From a virus (Duplodnaviria > Caudoviricetes): 64,000 bases of DNA. How positions within the stretch are numbered: position 1 is the stretch's first letter; each line of letters begins with the position of its first letter. Below the pieces are notes generated by a model. It was not told the DNA's origin and ran no database searches. It saw only the letters and a list, made by a program, of their open reading frames with translations. Shown here in pieces: positions 8,888 through 19,296 of the stretch. Location: IMG/VR virus record IMGVR_UViG_3300029286_000011; one strand, 5' to 3'. The position numbers were made by a program, and so were the translations under genes.

Positions 8888-9640
8888 CTAGTGCGCAGAA
8901 GACGCCAATGCCGGTTCGGTATCGTCGTCCGTGTCTTCATCATCATTGTCGTTCTCGACGGGGCCTTCGCCCAAGCTGTCGTCCAACAACGTCATAAGCA
9001 GGTCGGGACTCAGCGGAATGTCACGCAAGTAGCGCGTGAGCTGATGTACCATCATGCTGGCAGTGATGTTGGCCGCGTAGATGGTGCTACGCGCCGTGCA
9101 ACGACCCTGCTCAGCCTCTTCAGCCGCGAACAGCGTTGACTCATAGCGCGTGCGATCCATCGGCGTGCTGGTCAGCACGCGCAACGTTTCGCCGAGCATA
9201 CGGCCATCGATCATGGTGACATTGAACTGCTTGCAGCTCTCGTGCAGAAGTTCACGAATCTCAATGCTGTCCACACACGTAAACATGACGTGGATGGGCT
9301 TCTTGTTCGTACGAGCATTGAGAAGCAATACGTCACTGAAGCGGCCATCAACAGTGGCCACAGACAGCGAAGGATCCAAAGCTATCATATCGGAGGCCGT
9401 GGCTACAACCTTCTTCTGCTGCAGCTGATCGTACCGATAGCCCTGCGTTGTCACATTGGTTTCCTCGACAATGTCGAAGTCCACCAACATGACGTTAGAA
9501 GCGCCGATAGCCGCCAGCTGCAATGCAACTGAGCGACCGACAGCGCCAACGCCAACTATCATGATGTTCGTCTCAAGCAGCTTGTCATGCGGCACGAGCC
9601 CGGCTTGACGCTCAAAACGATCTTTTGCCTTTGTCGTCAT
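8888..9640 (-). CDS. ThiF/E1-like ubiquitin-activating enzyme
   Basis: DRFERQ, IVGVGAVG, VDFDIVEETNVTTQGY, TCVDS..R, IDGRM and a candidate catalytic Cys in GRCTARST. Confidence 0.92.
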   Translation of the reverse strand: MTTKAKDRFERQAGLVPHDKLLETNIMIVGVGAVGRSVALQLAAIGASNVMLVDFDIVEETNVTTQGYRYDQLQQKKVVATASDMIALDPSLSVATVDGRFSDVLLLNARTNKKPIHVMFTCVDSIEIRELLHESCKQFNVTMIDGRMLGETLRVLTSTPMDRTRYESTLFAAEEAEQGRCTARSTIYAANITASMMVHQLTRYLRDIPLSPDLLMTLLDDSLGEGPVENDNDDEDTDDDTEPALASSAH

Positions 9641-9673
9641 CAGAAATCCCTCATTCCTTAGGGGTTGTACAAG

Positions 9674-11086
9674 TTAGTCAATGGCCAGCGTTGCGGCACG
9701 GTCAAGTGCTTCGTTCATCTGCACATCTTCAACAACGGCAATGTCGTCAGGCTTTGGTGCCTCTACGTCTGCCGGTGCAACCTTGTCGTCAAACTGCTTG
9801 GTGTTCCAAATACCGTACATGGCCAACCAAGCTTCGGAAGTTCTAGACGGCACTTGCATGCCGTGTATGCGTGCCCACTCCTCGATGGCGCTGAGTTCGT
9901 AAGCACTGAGCCCAAGGCTCCACGCTCCGCGATTACCCGGCCACAGTGCCGGCTTTGTCTCATTACCGGTCACACGTGCGGAAGGCTGGTTTCGCCAGTC
10001 ACTGACGAGACCTGATGAGCCGGACGTAGGCTGACCGGTAACGAAATTCATAGCCGGTGTGGTCGAGGGAATTGCACTAACAGCGGCATGAGCCGATACG
10101 GGAGTAGGCGGGATAATTGCGTGGCCCGTATAGCCGGACACCATTGGTTCGGCAGCCCGTGAACGTGCAGCCTCTGCCCAGGCGTCATGTCCATGAGCCG
10201 TCTGCGAGCTGTAGGACGACTGATAGCCATAGTTGCCTTGGTTAACGCTATGATCGTGATAGTGCCGTGTGTAGTACGAAGACATACCGTCAGTGCTGTA
10301 ATTCGTTGGATACTGCACTACCGACGCGCACTTCGTAACACAGCGAGTGTACTCTGCCTGCCACGCGGCAACATCCTGGCTGCCACCAGTGGCCGACCAG
10401 TCAACCGACACAGGCAGCTCCGTAGAGAAGCCAGGGCCGACGTTGAAGCGCAATCGCGCATACGTTTCATGGCCACGACCGACAACCATCATGACGCCCC
10501 AGTGACACGGCCCGAGACATTCAAGGAACGTAGTCTCATCCGTGCCACTCGGAGTCACGCCACTGCCTGGATGCGTATGGATCCAGATACGGCCACAACG
10601 CTCAGGGCCAATGCCCTCAGCCCCGCAGTCGAGAAGATAGTCGGCCACGGCGTCATCATCAAACTTGGTCGAAGCCATGCTGACTCGCTGCTTGACCAGT
10701 CGTACCTCGCGGATCAACAACAACTGTGTAGCATCCGAAATACCCCACATGCCGACTTCGTCAGATGACGAGTGAAGCATGTGTAGCAACTTGGCCCAAG
10801 CGCTAGGTGCAAAACGCAAACCGGCCAACTTCGGCCAGTCATTACTAGTGCCCATAGGCATATAGGTGCTTGATGCAGCTGCGATAGACGGGCCTGCAAA
10901 ACCCGTCACAGTTCGAGGCTGAACAAGCGGCCCGTTGTTGGTTTGCCGGATGTTTGTGACCTTATTGATGATGCCGTCCTCTTTGGTTTTGTTGTTTCGC
11001 ACTCTGACTGTCGCATCGCTAAACCGCGTCTTCTTCCTTGACATAGCCATCCTCTGCAGGAGATTGAGTAATACCTTGAACATCAT
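9674..11086 (-). CDS. JAB/MPN-domain metallopeptidase with long low-complexity C-terminus
   Basis: LRFAPSAWAKL..DEVGMWG..RIWIHTHPGSGVTPSGTD (E, HxH and SxxD). The true start may lie downstream of the ORF-track start. Confidence 0.88.
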   Translation of the reverse strand: MMFKVLLNLLQRMAMSRKKTRFSDATVRVRNNKTKEDGIINKVTNIRQTNNGPLVQPRTVTGFAGPSIAAASSTYMPMGTSNDWPKLAGLRFAPSAWAKLLHMLHSSSDEVGMWGISDATQLLLIREVRLVKQRVSMASTKFDDDAVADYLLDCGAEGIGPERCGRIWIHTHPGSGVTPSGTDETTFLECLGPCHWGVMMVVGRGHETYARLRFNVGPGFSTELPVSVDWSATGGSQDVAAWQAEYTRCVTKCASVVQYPTNYSTDGMSSYYTRHYHDHSVNQGNYGYQSSYSSQTAHGHDAWAEAARSRAAEPMVSGYTGHAIIPPTPVSAHAAVSAIPSTTPAMNFVTGQPTSGSSGLVSDWRNQPSARVTGNETKPALWPGNRGAWSLGLSAYELSAIEEWARIHGMQVPSRTSEAWLAMYGIWNTKQFDDKVAPADVEAPKPDDIAVVEDVQMNEALDRAATLAID

Positions 11087-12456
11087 ACGCTCGCGGTTGA
11101 AGCTACTGCTGTCGGCAAGCAGTCAGGGCAGAAATAGAATCCCTCGTGCAATACCAGGTCAGATCTTAATCGTGATGCTTCGCAAGCAGCACAGATCATC
11201 ATGCCACGCGGCGCTGCGGGCTGAGTGGTACCACGCATCCGATCAGTAACAGGCGCTGTGGCGATAGTTGGTGCAACGGGCACCGCAGGTGTCGGATAAC
11301 CAATTGGCCGTAGTACCGGTGTCGGTGATGCCGGTGGAAGGATTTGCCACGTAACCTCGGACGCAGGGGCTGGCGTGGCTGGGACAGGTATTACGCTGGC
11401 AACCTGAGCAATCTGTGCTTCACGAGCTGCTCTTCGTGCAGCAGCCTCTGCTTGCAACACCCTGTAGCAAGACGGGCACTTGCATCCACTACGCGTGACG
11501 ATGACATCAGCACGAGCCACAGCACAGCCACACTTAGAGCAAGTGTGTATACAGCCTTGGCAATATCGATGCCCATCAACTTCTCGCAAGCCAGCTGCGG
11601 CATGAGTGGCGCAGAATACTTTGTTGCAGTTTTCACCTTCACAGCGAACAGCACAGCCGCCACAAAGATGGGTGCTGCACGTTACGCAACGACTATGCTC
11701 AGCCGGTACACGTCCACGGCAACCGGAACAACGCTCACCAAGCCACTGATCCAAGTTGCGATATGCCTGACCACGGGCGTAGGTGTGCAACACAGTGTCG
11801 GCTATTTCGACGATATCACCAAAGCGCAGCTCAGACGCGGCGCCGTTGAATGCCGTCAGGCCTTCGCCAAAACACAGACGATTGTGATTAACGTGCGGGT
11901 GTATGAGTCCATGCGACTCCACAGGCCAACGATCCTCGTCAGAAGTGTAGATGGACACATGTCCTCCAGGTGTAACTACAATCCACAGTTCGCCCATGAC
12001 GTACTTCTCGCTAGCCACGGTAAACGAGATTTCGTCTGTTCGAACTGCTATGCCTTTCATAGGCACGTTCCAAAATACGCGATTAGGCCTAGCTGAACGT
12101 AAGGCCAGCAGATCGTGAACTATGTCGACGCACGTAGCCTGAAACGTGCTACTGGTTTGTTGTTTGATAAATGGATTGCCACCACGCCACGTGGACACAT
12201 GGCTGATGACATTCGGCAACTTGTCAAGCAGCGCCTTCATGACGACAGGCACATCGCCGCTTGGATTACGTCGGCCAAATCGGCCAAGAATGCTTCGTGC
12301 CTCGGCGCCCAGCCGAGTGAGCTTTAGCAACGCTATTACGTCGTTAGTCTGCAATTTGAACTGACGACAACCGGCAGCCACCGCGCGCGTTGCAAATCGT
12401 ACGATCAATGATTCGGTAAGCGGCACATAATCCGTGGGCCGCACATAGTCACTCAT
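11083..12456 (-). CDS. E2-like (UBC-fold) protein fused to Cys-rich zinc-finger array
   Basis: LIHPHVNHNRLCFGEG (HPH..LC E2 signature), followed by multiple CxxC pairs (CSGC, CVTC..CGGC, CEGENC..FCATH, YCQGC..CSKC, CPSC, and terminal CAAC..CPDC). It lies between the Ubl and JAB genes. Confidence 0.75.
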   Translation of the reverse strand: MSDYVRPTDYVPLTESLIVRFATRAVAAGCRQFKLQTNDVIALLKLTRLGAEARSILGRFGRRNPSGDVPVVMKALLDKLPNVISHVSTWRGGNPFIKQQTSSTFQATCVDIVHDLLALRSARPNRVFWNVPMKGIAVRTDEISFTVASEKYVMGELWIVVTPGGHVSIYTSDEDRWPVESHGLIHPHVNHNRLCFGEGLTAFNGAASELRFGDIVEIADTVLHTYARGQAYRNLDQWLGERCSGCRGRVPAEHSRCVTCSTHLCGGCAVRCEGENCNKVFCATHAAAGLREVDGHRYCQGCIHTCSKCGCAVARADVIVTRSGCKCPSCYRVLQAEAAARRAAREAQIAQVASVIPVPATPAPASEVTWQILPPASPTPVLRPIGYPTPAVPVAPTIATAPVTDRMRGTTQPAAPRGMMICAACEASRLRSDLVLHEGFYFCPDCLPTAVASTASV

Positions 12457-12485
12457 CAGTTGACTCCTTTTTATTGCACAAACAC

Positions 12486-12523
12486 AAACACCCTGGGTGG
12501 CAAAATTACCACCCAGGGTGTTT
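12486..12523 (-). terminator. Strong hairpin / terminator between Ubl and E2
   Basis: 15-bp stem AAACACCCTGGGTGG / CCACCCAGGGTGTTT with T-rich flanks on both strands. Confidence 0.75.
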
Positions 12524-12575
12524 TTAGGTTAGATCAACAGGTCCGCAAAATGCGGACTGGTCTTACGACCCTGGC

Positions 12576-12863
12576 TTAGCAGGCGCCTTCGACCTTCGTC
12601 GGGGTAATGCTGATACGGTCGCCGTTCTGCAACACGAAGCCGGCTTCGATCGGGTTTTCGGGGCCACCGAAGGTGACCTCGGCGCGACGGATCCGCTTCA
12701 TGTAGTTGGCGGGGATCTGTCGGTCGCCGATCTGGGTGGCGAAGAAGGTGGCGATGGTCGTGCCTTCGGGGATGGAAATCCAGTTGGCATAGCCTTCGCC
12801 GCCGTTGTTGACGAACAGGACGCGGATGGCCGGGGTGGAAGCGCTGTTGATGTCGTTGGACAT
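12576..12863 (-). CDS. Ubiquitin-like (beta-grasp) protein, 95 aa
   Basis: IRVLFVNNGGEGYANWISIPEGTTIATFF..LQNGDRISITPTKVEGAC, a ThiS/MoaD-like pattern (L.dGD.I.I.P...G). First gene of the E2-JAB-E1 operon. Confidence 0.85.
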   Translation of the reverse strand: MSNDINSASTPAIRVLFVNNGGEGYANWISIPEGTTIATFFATQIGDRQIPANYMKRIRRAEVTFGGPENPIEAGFVLQNGDRISITPTKVEGAC

Positions 12864-13186
12864 GAGTCAAAACCTCTCATAGTAAGCAGTAATGTTTCCT
12901 CATCCACAGCAACCTTGCTGCAGACAGCTACAAACGTGTCGCGGGGGTGCTTGTCGAGCACCTCCTCTCATGGCAAGTACACTCACGATGCATCGTACTG
13001 GCGGCACATTACATAGGTCACGCAAGCTGAACGACTAACCGCAAGAACAGCTCAGACCTTCCATACACATACATCCATGTAGAAACATTACTAAGAGGCG
13101 GGCATGAGCCCAACCATAACACACATGCTTAGACCTGATGACAGTCTTGGCATAAATGGCAAAACGCAGGTGGTAACCTGTGTAAG

Positions 13187-13666
13187 TCACTGATCGTAGA
13201 CAACAACGGGACTTGCCTTTATGGCCAAGACAACGAACGGACAGAACTTTCTAGCTGTTTCAAAATCTCGTACTTCGTGTGAGATACGACAGCCTACTGG
13301 CGTATCACCAACACCACTTGCATGCTCGGCGACTATTCGACCGGAGCAGTTCCAACAGTCTGGCAAGGCATCAGGCATATACAGCTCCTTCGTTGTACTG
13401 TCTGCAAAAGCCAACAACGTGGCGGCCTTAATGCCCGCTGCCAAACTTTTTATGTAGCGTTCCAATCGTAGTGCGTCCCTGTGAGACATGCTACGGCTGG
13501 CAACAAGTAGATGGACCGGTCGCCTACTGCGTGTGTATTTGGCGCCGTGTCCAGAATTGTGTGTCATAACTCGCGCAGAGACATCCGTACTGATTCCACA
13601 GTAGCGTGTACCGTCACTGCAGACTAGTAGATATACGCGCCATCGTTTATCGATGGGGCAGTTCAA
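13187..13666 (-). CDS. GIY-YIG nuclease (UPF0213/YhbQ-like)
   Basis: WRVYLLVCSDGTRYCGISTDVSARVMTHNSGHGAKYTRSRRPV. Confidence 0.9.
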   Translation of the reverse strand: MNCPIDKRWRVYLLVCSDGTRYCGISTDVSARVMTHNSGHGAKYTRSRRPVHLLVASRSMSHRDALRLERYIKSLAAGIKAATLLAFADSTTKELYMPDALPDCWNCSGRIVAEHASGVGDTPVGCRISHEVRDFETARKFCPFVVLAIKASPVVVYDQ

Positions 13667-14525
13667 CTTTGTCTGATTGCCTTGGCATGAGTTCGCCTCT
13701 CAGCACTATCTGAAGATCAGGCAATGTGAAGTCGTTAGATGTCAACTCATGCGTTGTTTCGTTGTCTTCATAGCTGTCGCCGGGGATAGTCCTTTGCGCT
13801 ATGATTCGAAAATAAAAGGTGTAAATCGAATGCAGTTTATCTCGGTTGAGTCTTACGCGGGCTAAAATCTGATGATTGTAGACTTCCTCTTGGTATTGCC
13901 GCAAATCATTAGCGTGAATACCAAACGTATCAATAACGTTGACACCAGGTGGCAACGCCATGGTGTAGCCGTCTAGCAAGCGTTCGTGCCAGCTGTTGCC
14001 AGACATGAAGCCTTCGTCTTCAAATTCATCCAGCTGATTGGACAGACCTCTTATCAGCCTGGATGGTATGAACGTAATCTGCAAGTCCTCAAGGTTGTCG
14101 AAAACGATTGAGTCCGGCAACTCACACGTCATGTCTTTGTGCGCAGCTATGGCCAATGCCTGGGCTGTAGCACGAAACGCGCTAAATTTGGCGATAGCGT
14201 TGCTGGTCACAGGCAGCACGGCAAACATATCGCTGCGGACGTCGAACATAACGACAGGCTGGCCGTGTATCGAGTTGGCTACTTGGAACGTGGGCACGTC
14301 TTCGTCAGGACGTGCGAGTCGAGCATTGTAGCGCAAGCCAGTACTGTGCCCACAATAAGGGCATACAAGTCGGACTGCGGCTGAATAACCATCAAATGTA
14401 AACGCCGCGTCGTAAGCCTTGCAAAGGGTGGTAAAACACAGGTTACACGAAAAGATGGTGTCCGCTAACAGAAAATCGTTGGGATCTTCCATATCTGAGA
14501 AAGCAATCACAATCTTATTCGACAT
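13647..14525 (-). CDS. Hypothetical protein with zinc-ribbon-like CxxC pairs
   Basis: CNLC..CPYCG; overlaps both neighbours in an operon-like arrangement. Confidence 0.6.
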   Translation of the reverse strand: MSNKIVIAFSDMEDPNDFLLADTIFSCNLCFTTLCKAYDAAFTFDGYSAAVRLVCPYCGHSTGLRYNARLARPDEDVPTFQVANSIHGQPVVMFDVRSDMFAVLPVTSNAIAKFSAFRATAQALAIAAHKDMTCELPDSIVFDNLEDLQITFIPSRLIRGLSNQLDEFEDEGFMSGNSWHERLLDGYTMALPPGVNVIDTFGIHANDLRQYQEEVYNHQILARVRLNRDKLHSIYTFYFRIIAQRTIPGDSYEDNETTHELTSNDFTLPDLQIVLRGELMPRQSDKVELPHR

Positions 14526-15081
14526 AGTATGACCCGCCCACGTGTTGTAGTTTTGCTGTATCCTTTAGTGCAGACAACCACAGTTCATGGTCGCTGCCCC
14601 AAGCCGGATCCACTAGATCCAGTTCCTCTTCGCCAAACAGATGGCATCGAACATGGTGGCAATTGCCCAACACATTGGCAACGTCACCATGCCGCTCTAG
14701 CCGGAAGTACCGCAGGACTTTCCAGTTGCTTACGAACAACCGAATACATGCAAACACTTCGCGCAACGTAGGCGAGAATATCAACGGTGTTGAGAAGCCG
14801 TGAAAGGTCATGATGCGCGTGCTGTTAAGCCCGAACGGATAGACCTTTATCAGCCGCCCGAGTTTCGGATTGCTTGTATAGTCACAGTCAGGACTAATGC
14901 CTTGTGAGTTGACAAGACACAGTCTTGAGCGACCCTGACCTTTTATGTGCACAGGAAGCAGCGGATATATGGCCTCCTGTAAAACACGCGTCTGTGCATC
15001 GTTCAGCGTTGGCACTAACTTCAGTTTGCACCTGTCGCTGAACGATATGTTTGTTTGCTGATCTACCGTTGGTTGTAGCAT
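14515..15081 (-). CDS. Hypothetical protein
   Basis: 188 aa ORF with stop/start overlaps. Confidence 0.55.
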   Translation of the reverse strand: MLQPTVDQQTNISFSDRCKLKLVPTLNDAQTRVLQEAIYPLLPVHIKGQGRSRLCLVNSQGISPDCDYTSNPKLGRLIKVYPFGLNSTRIMTFHGFSTPLIFSPTLREVFACIRLFVSNWKVLRYFRLERHGDVANVLGNCHHVRCHLFGEEELDLVDPAWGSDHELWLSALKDTAKLQHVGGSYYVE

Positions 15082-16136
15082 CAGAGAAGTACAGGCCGAG
15101 TCAACGGGATTTTCAGAATCTTGACAGGCTCAGAACGACGCCAGCGATTCCAAGCCACGATGCACAGCCGAAACAGCATCTCATCTGACATCAGTCGAGC
15201 CGATTGCTTGAGCATAGCCGACTTGTTGTTGCGAGGATTGAATGTTCGTTCCAGCAGCTTACGTAGCTGGTAACGAGCATCTGAACGATCCGTTACGCCA
15301 ATACCCTCGGCCACTGGTCGCCAGAAGTCGTCTACGACGTCAGGAGCCTTGGCAAATGTGGCAAACATAGCCGCTGATACAGGCATCCTGTCAAAAGCGC
15401 GACTCTCTTTGGATAAGTCCTGTCCGAGACGACCCACGGCATTGAATAGGTCGGAATATTGCGATTCAACCTGCGCAGTGCCTTGTTCAGGGGTAAGCCG
15501 ATAGCGAATGTCCTCCTGAGGGTACATCCACAATCGAAATGCCGAGTACAGCTTAACCAGCCGGTTGATAGCAATACCTTCCGCACACGGCTGGCCTATA
15601 AGAATGTTCTTTGCACGCTGGGACAAGGTGCGCGGCTTGCAAGCGTCGTACGTATTGTACAGCTGTCGAAGCTGTTCTTCTTTCTGTACACGATACACGA
15701 CTTCACGAACACGTGCTGCAAAGCCCTCAGGCATATAAGCCACGGCCCAACACGTATGCTGTCCGTTGGTCTTGTAGCAAGTAGAACCAAGCCATGCCTT
15801 GGCAATGATGACGTTAGTCCAGTTGAACTCGTCGCGCTTCATCTTGTCCAGCAAGTCCTGCACATGTGCCGTGCTAACAGCTCGTTCGCCAGGCAAGATA
15901 GGCAGATCGATGTACTCGGCTGCCTTCTTCATATCGAGCCGTACGTGCTGGTCCGAGACTATCTCGTACTCAAGCGGAGTTGCAGGGCCGGTCATGATCG
16001 GCTCTGTGCGCACGGACGGTATCTTCTGATTGTTGTTCTGCAGATTGAGCTGCTCAGCCGTGTGTGTCGTCCTGGCTGTAACAGGTATCACTGTGCTGAG
16101 AATAGCTGCGCGTCTGGATGTGTTTCGTTTGGCCAC
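15081..16136 (-). CDS. ParB/Srx-like domain protein
   Basis: PGERAVSTAHVQDL..NGQHT resembles the NR..(D/N)GQHR ParB-like nuclease-fold motif. Confidence 0.5.
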   Translation of the reverse strand: MAKRNTSRRAAILSTVIPVTARTTHTAEQLNLQNNNQKIPSVRTEPIMTGPATPLEYEIVSDQHVRLDMKKAAEYIDLPILPGERAVSTAHVQDLLDKMKRDEFNWTNVIIAKAWLGSTCYKTNGQHTCWAVAYMPEGFAARVREVVYRVQKEEQLRQLYNTYDACKPRTLSQRAKNILIGQPCAEGIAINRLVKLYSAFRLWMYPQEDIRYRLTPEQGTAQVESQYSDLFNAVGRLGQDLSKESRAFDRMPVSAAMFATFAKAPDVVDDFWRPVAEGIGVTDRSDARYQLRKLLERTFNPRNNKSAMLKQSARLMSDEMLFRLCIVAWNRWRRSEPVKILKIPLTRPVLL

Positions 16137-16215
16137 TGTAATAGCCCTCGTTAATGCCCTAGTTTAGATATCGAAGCTTGACGTAGTGTTCATGTGAAAG
16201 TCGACGTACCCTGTG

Positions 16216-16710
16216 CTATACGGCCAATTCTTCAAGATCAAAGTCAAGCTTCAGCGCAGGAATGATGTCGTAGCAAATAGCACGCAACGTATGAATGAAC
16301 AGTGCTGGGTCACGTGTCGTTGCAAACTCTTGCAAATACGAGACACCTGATGCCTGGGCCTGTACGCAAGAGCGGCCAAGACGTTTTCGCACCGGGCAGG
16401 CGGTGCAGTACGGCAGATCCTGACACAGCGTACACCATCGGCATATGCCGGAGCCCATCGGGCTAAACGTACTGTTCTTGTCCCGAAGACAAAACGTTGA
16501 ACCGTAGCTGTACACTGCTGCTGAACACACAGAGGCTGTAAACTTGACATCATGCTTTTCAAGGTTTACAGGCAGAAAGCCCAGCCATTTTATCAGGGAG
16601 GCCTCTGCCGCGTGTTCTCGGCCGTTACGATTACCCGGCGTAGTGCCCATGAATGTCTGTCGCCACGTTGGTATCGACATGTTTTCGTCCTTAATCCTGC
16701 TCGTCCGCAC
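16216..16710 (-). CDS. Hypothetical Cys-rich protein
   Basis: CRWCTLC..CTACP..C pattern. Confidence 0.5.
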   Translation of the reverse strand: MRTSRIKDENMSIPTWRQTFMGTTPGNRNGREHAAEASLIKWLGFLPVNLEKHDVKFTASVCSAAVYSYGSTFCLRDKNSTFSPMGSGICRWCTLCQDLPYCTACPVRKRLGRSCVQAQASGVSYLQEFATTRDPALFIHTLRAICYDIIPALKLDFDLEELAV

Positions 16711-17104
16711 GAGCTAAGTAGTCCTTAACAGCCTTGCGCCATGTGCGCCAAGCAAAATGCGATACGGCGGGTATTTCTTCAGGCGGTAGACAAAACAGCT
16801 CCTCTAGTACTGCCTTACACTGCTGCACTGTGCCTCGCTCAGAAACAGCCTGCACCAGGTAGGCAATCAGCTGGACACTGTTCTTTGCCGGTAGTACTAG
16901 ACCACAGCTCTCGCAGCTGAACTGGTAAATCTTGTCTGAAGTAATCACAGGGCCATATCCAGTCAATAATGGATTGCCCTCCATGCGAGGCCAAGAACAG
17001 CTGTTCAGCAGGCTGTAGGACTCTATCGCATCCTCCGGTGTGCACTTTAGCCAGTGATAATTGCACACCGCGCAACGATGGATATCAGTAAGCGGTAAGG
17101 CCAT
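16691..17104 (-). CDS. Hypothetical protein with CxxC pairs
   Basis: CAVC and CESC; overlaps the downstream ORF start. Confidence 0.5.
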   Translation of the reverse strand: MALPLTDIHRCAVCNYHWLKCTPEDAIESYSLLNSCSWPRMEGNPLLTGYGPVITSDKIYQFSCESCGLVLPAKNSVQLIAYLVQAVSERGTVQQCKAVLEELFCLPPEEIPAVSHFAWRTWRKAVKDYLARADEQD

Positions 17105-17227
17105 ATGACCTGTGCTCCGTGCGCATCGGCAACTTTAGACCGTCTTCAAAGATTGCACGGCCTTTCGACACTCGTTTATCCTTCACTCGTGTATCCTTTC
17201 TGTGTGGTTTGTGAGACACACAGCCGA

Positions 17228-17893
17228 TTACAGCTGCGGTATGACGTTACGTTGTAAAAACTCTCGATTCGTCTCTAACCAGTCCCTTTGGAGGTCTTCG
17301 CCAACGATCCTATGGCCTGCCATGAACCACAGCTTCATGAAGTCTAGGAAGTGAACCCACGACCTATACGGTGCAGTACGGATAGCGCCTCCGGAATAAC
17401 AGACGTACGAACGTGTCATTAGATACGCGTAGAAACCGTGGCACCTTCTACTGTCATCCTCACACGGCAGTTCAAAACTAAGCCGCAACATGTCCATCAA
17501 CGCATCTGCCGTCAGTTCTGTGTAAAAAAGTTTCCAGTACTGTGTTAGCAGTGCTTGCACAGGTCGATGTACGACATACTTCAGATCGTATATTGAAGCG
17601 CCGGAACGCCGGTTAGCCGTAAAGCAAATTGCGGCAGGCCGCAACAGCTCTAGAGGGTAGTCGTCGTCAAAGCTAAACTTAGCATTGCCGTGCGAATCAA
17701 GGCTTTTAAGAATAATGGAGTGCCCATTGATACAAATCTTTTTCGAAGCTGCCTCAACCGTCTCTATGCCTAAGTTTGGAAAACGCTCGGCAAGCCACTC
17801 AGGCACATCCTTCATGCGGCTGGCTCGGCAATACGTCTCGCTGAGCGCAACTTCGTCGTACAAATTCAGCTGCTGAACATCAGCCACCGACAT
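17228..17893 (-). CDS. Hypothetical protein
   Basis: 221 aa co-oriented ORF. Confidence 0.55.
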   Translation of the reverse strand: MSVADVQQLNLYDEVALSETYCRASRMKDVPEWLAERFPNLGIETVEAASKKICINGHSIILKSLDSHGNAKFSFDDDYPLELLRPAAICFTANRRSGASIYDLKYVVHRPVQALLTQYWKLFYTELTADALMDMLRLSFELPCEDDSRRCHGFYAYLMTRSYVCYSGGAIRTAPYRSWVHFLDFMKLWFMAGHRIVGEDLQRDWLETNREFLQRNVIPQL

Positions 17894-18261
17894 CGGACAC
17901 CTCCTCTATCGCAGCCATGCAGTGTTCCTTGTGCTGGCCGATATGTGACAGCTCCATTAGAAGCTCTGCAAAGCTCATCTGTGTGAGAAGGAATTTCAGC
18001 TGCACCGGAAGGCCATGCCGCTCCAGTGATTCAGCAGCCTTAATCACGTCGCCGTCTGTTATCAGATTGTCGCTAGTGTTTTCGGCATTAGCCGCAACCA
18101 CGTCCAATTGCTCAAGTACTAGCGGAGACAAATCGGCGGCAGTGAGCCCCATTGCGTCCACACAGACTTGAATCGTGTCATCGTGAGACATAGCATGGCC
18201 CTCACTGGCTCTGATAGCCGTGTTGGAGTTAGCCGGGCTGTAATGATTTGACGACGAAAGA

Positions 18262-18723
18262 CTACGATCTACGACCGCGAATCTCTGCCGCTTCATCCAG
18301 ATTCCTGCGAATAACAGATGAAGCTTCAGAGACTGTGGCCGGACCACAAGCGTCGAAGAGAGGAATCAGGGCGGGCTCTAACAAGCGCACCGAGTCCAGA
18401 GGGCGTCGTTTCCTACGACGGGCGCAATACAGAATCATTCCAAGCCAATAGCGAATTGTAGTGCCTGTGCCTACAGCGTGCTTAACATCGGCTAGAGCCT
18501 TCAAGAGATCGTTAAGACTGTCGCTGGTGATTGGCTCTTTGTCTTCAGCCATCTCTGTGTACGGGTCGAATGGCACAAACGTGCTACCACAATAGAACGT
18601 GAACTCCAGTGTTCCGGCCGGGCCAACATTCCAGTCCAGATCACCCTGCATATTGGCTGATGCTGTTACCAGCAGCAGGTCATTGACAAAGTCGCTATCA
18701 GTGCGGGTCTTGCGAATTGTCAT
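18262..18723 (-). CDS. Hypothetical protein
   Basis: 153 aa co-oriented ORF. Confidence 0.5.
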   Translation of the reverse strand: MTIRKTRTDSDFVNDLLLVTASANMQGDLDWNVGPAGTLEFTFYCGSTFVPFDPYTEMAEDKEPITSDSLNDLLKALADVKHAVGTGTTIRYWLGMILYCARRRKRRPLDSVRLLEPALIPLFDACGPATVSEASSVIRRNLDEAAEIRGRRS

Positions 18724-19296
18724 CTTCGTTGTCCTCAGCGGCTGGTGTGATTAGGCCGCACAATACGGCCTTGTTGTAGATGTCATCCTTGTAACGTTCG
18801 AGACAGAACTCAAAGCTCAACTCGTCATCTGTATCAAGTTCAGACGACCACACCGGGAAGTCATCGATGTGGATTGCTGCCTCGAATCTGGACAGATGGA
18901 CTGTGACCATTGGAATGGCGCCTCGATAGGCGTTACGATCCAGCCAACTCTGCAGCATGTGCGCGATGGCGGCCATATGCTTGCTGTCAGCCTGTCCTAC
19001 ATACAGGTTGTCTATGCCGCGTCGATTGATGACTTCCTGAGCTTTCTCCGTCGGATAATCTGCATCGTTGTCGTAGGCCTCTGACTCTTGATTGTTCGAC
19101 ATGTTGGTGCTCCTGCCTATACGGAAGGTATGACGCAGAAAATCGTACCGGCAACGTCGCTGACGCACAGTACTCATTGTTACAGACAATCAGCGACACA
19201 GGTATAGCTACAGTGCTATTGCAGTGTATGACCAAAGAAAAGGCCCTACCGCCATCCGTGACGGTAGGGCCATCTGCGTTCCATCGCTCCACCCCT

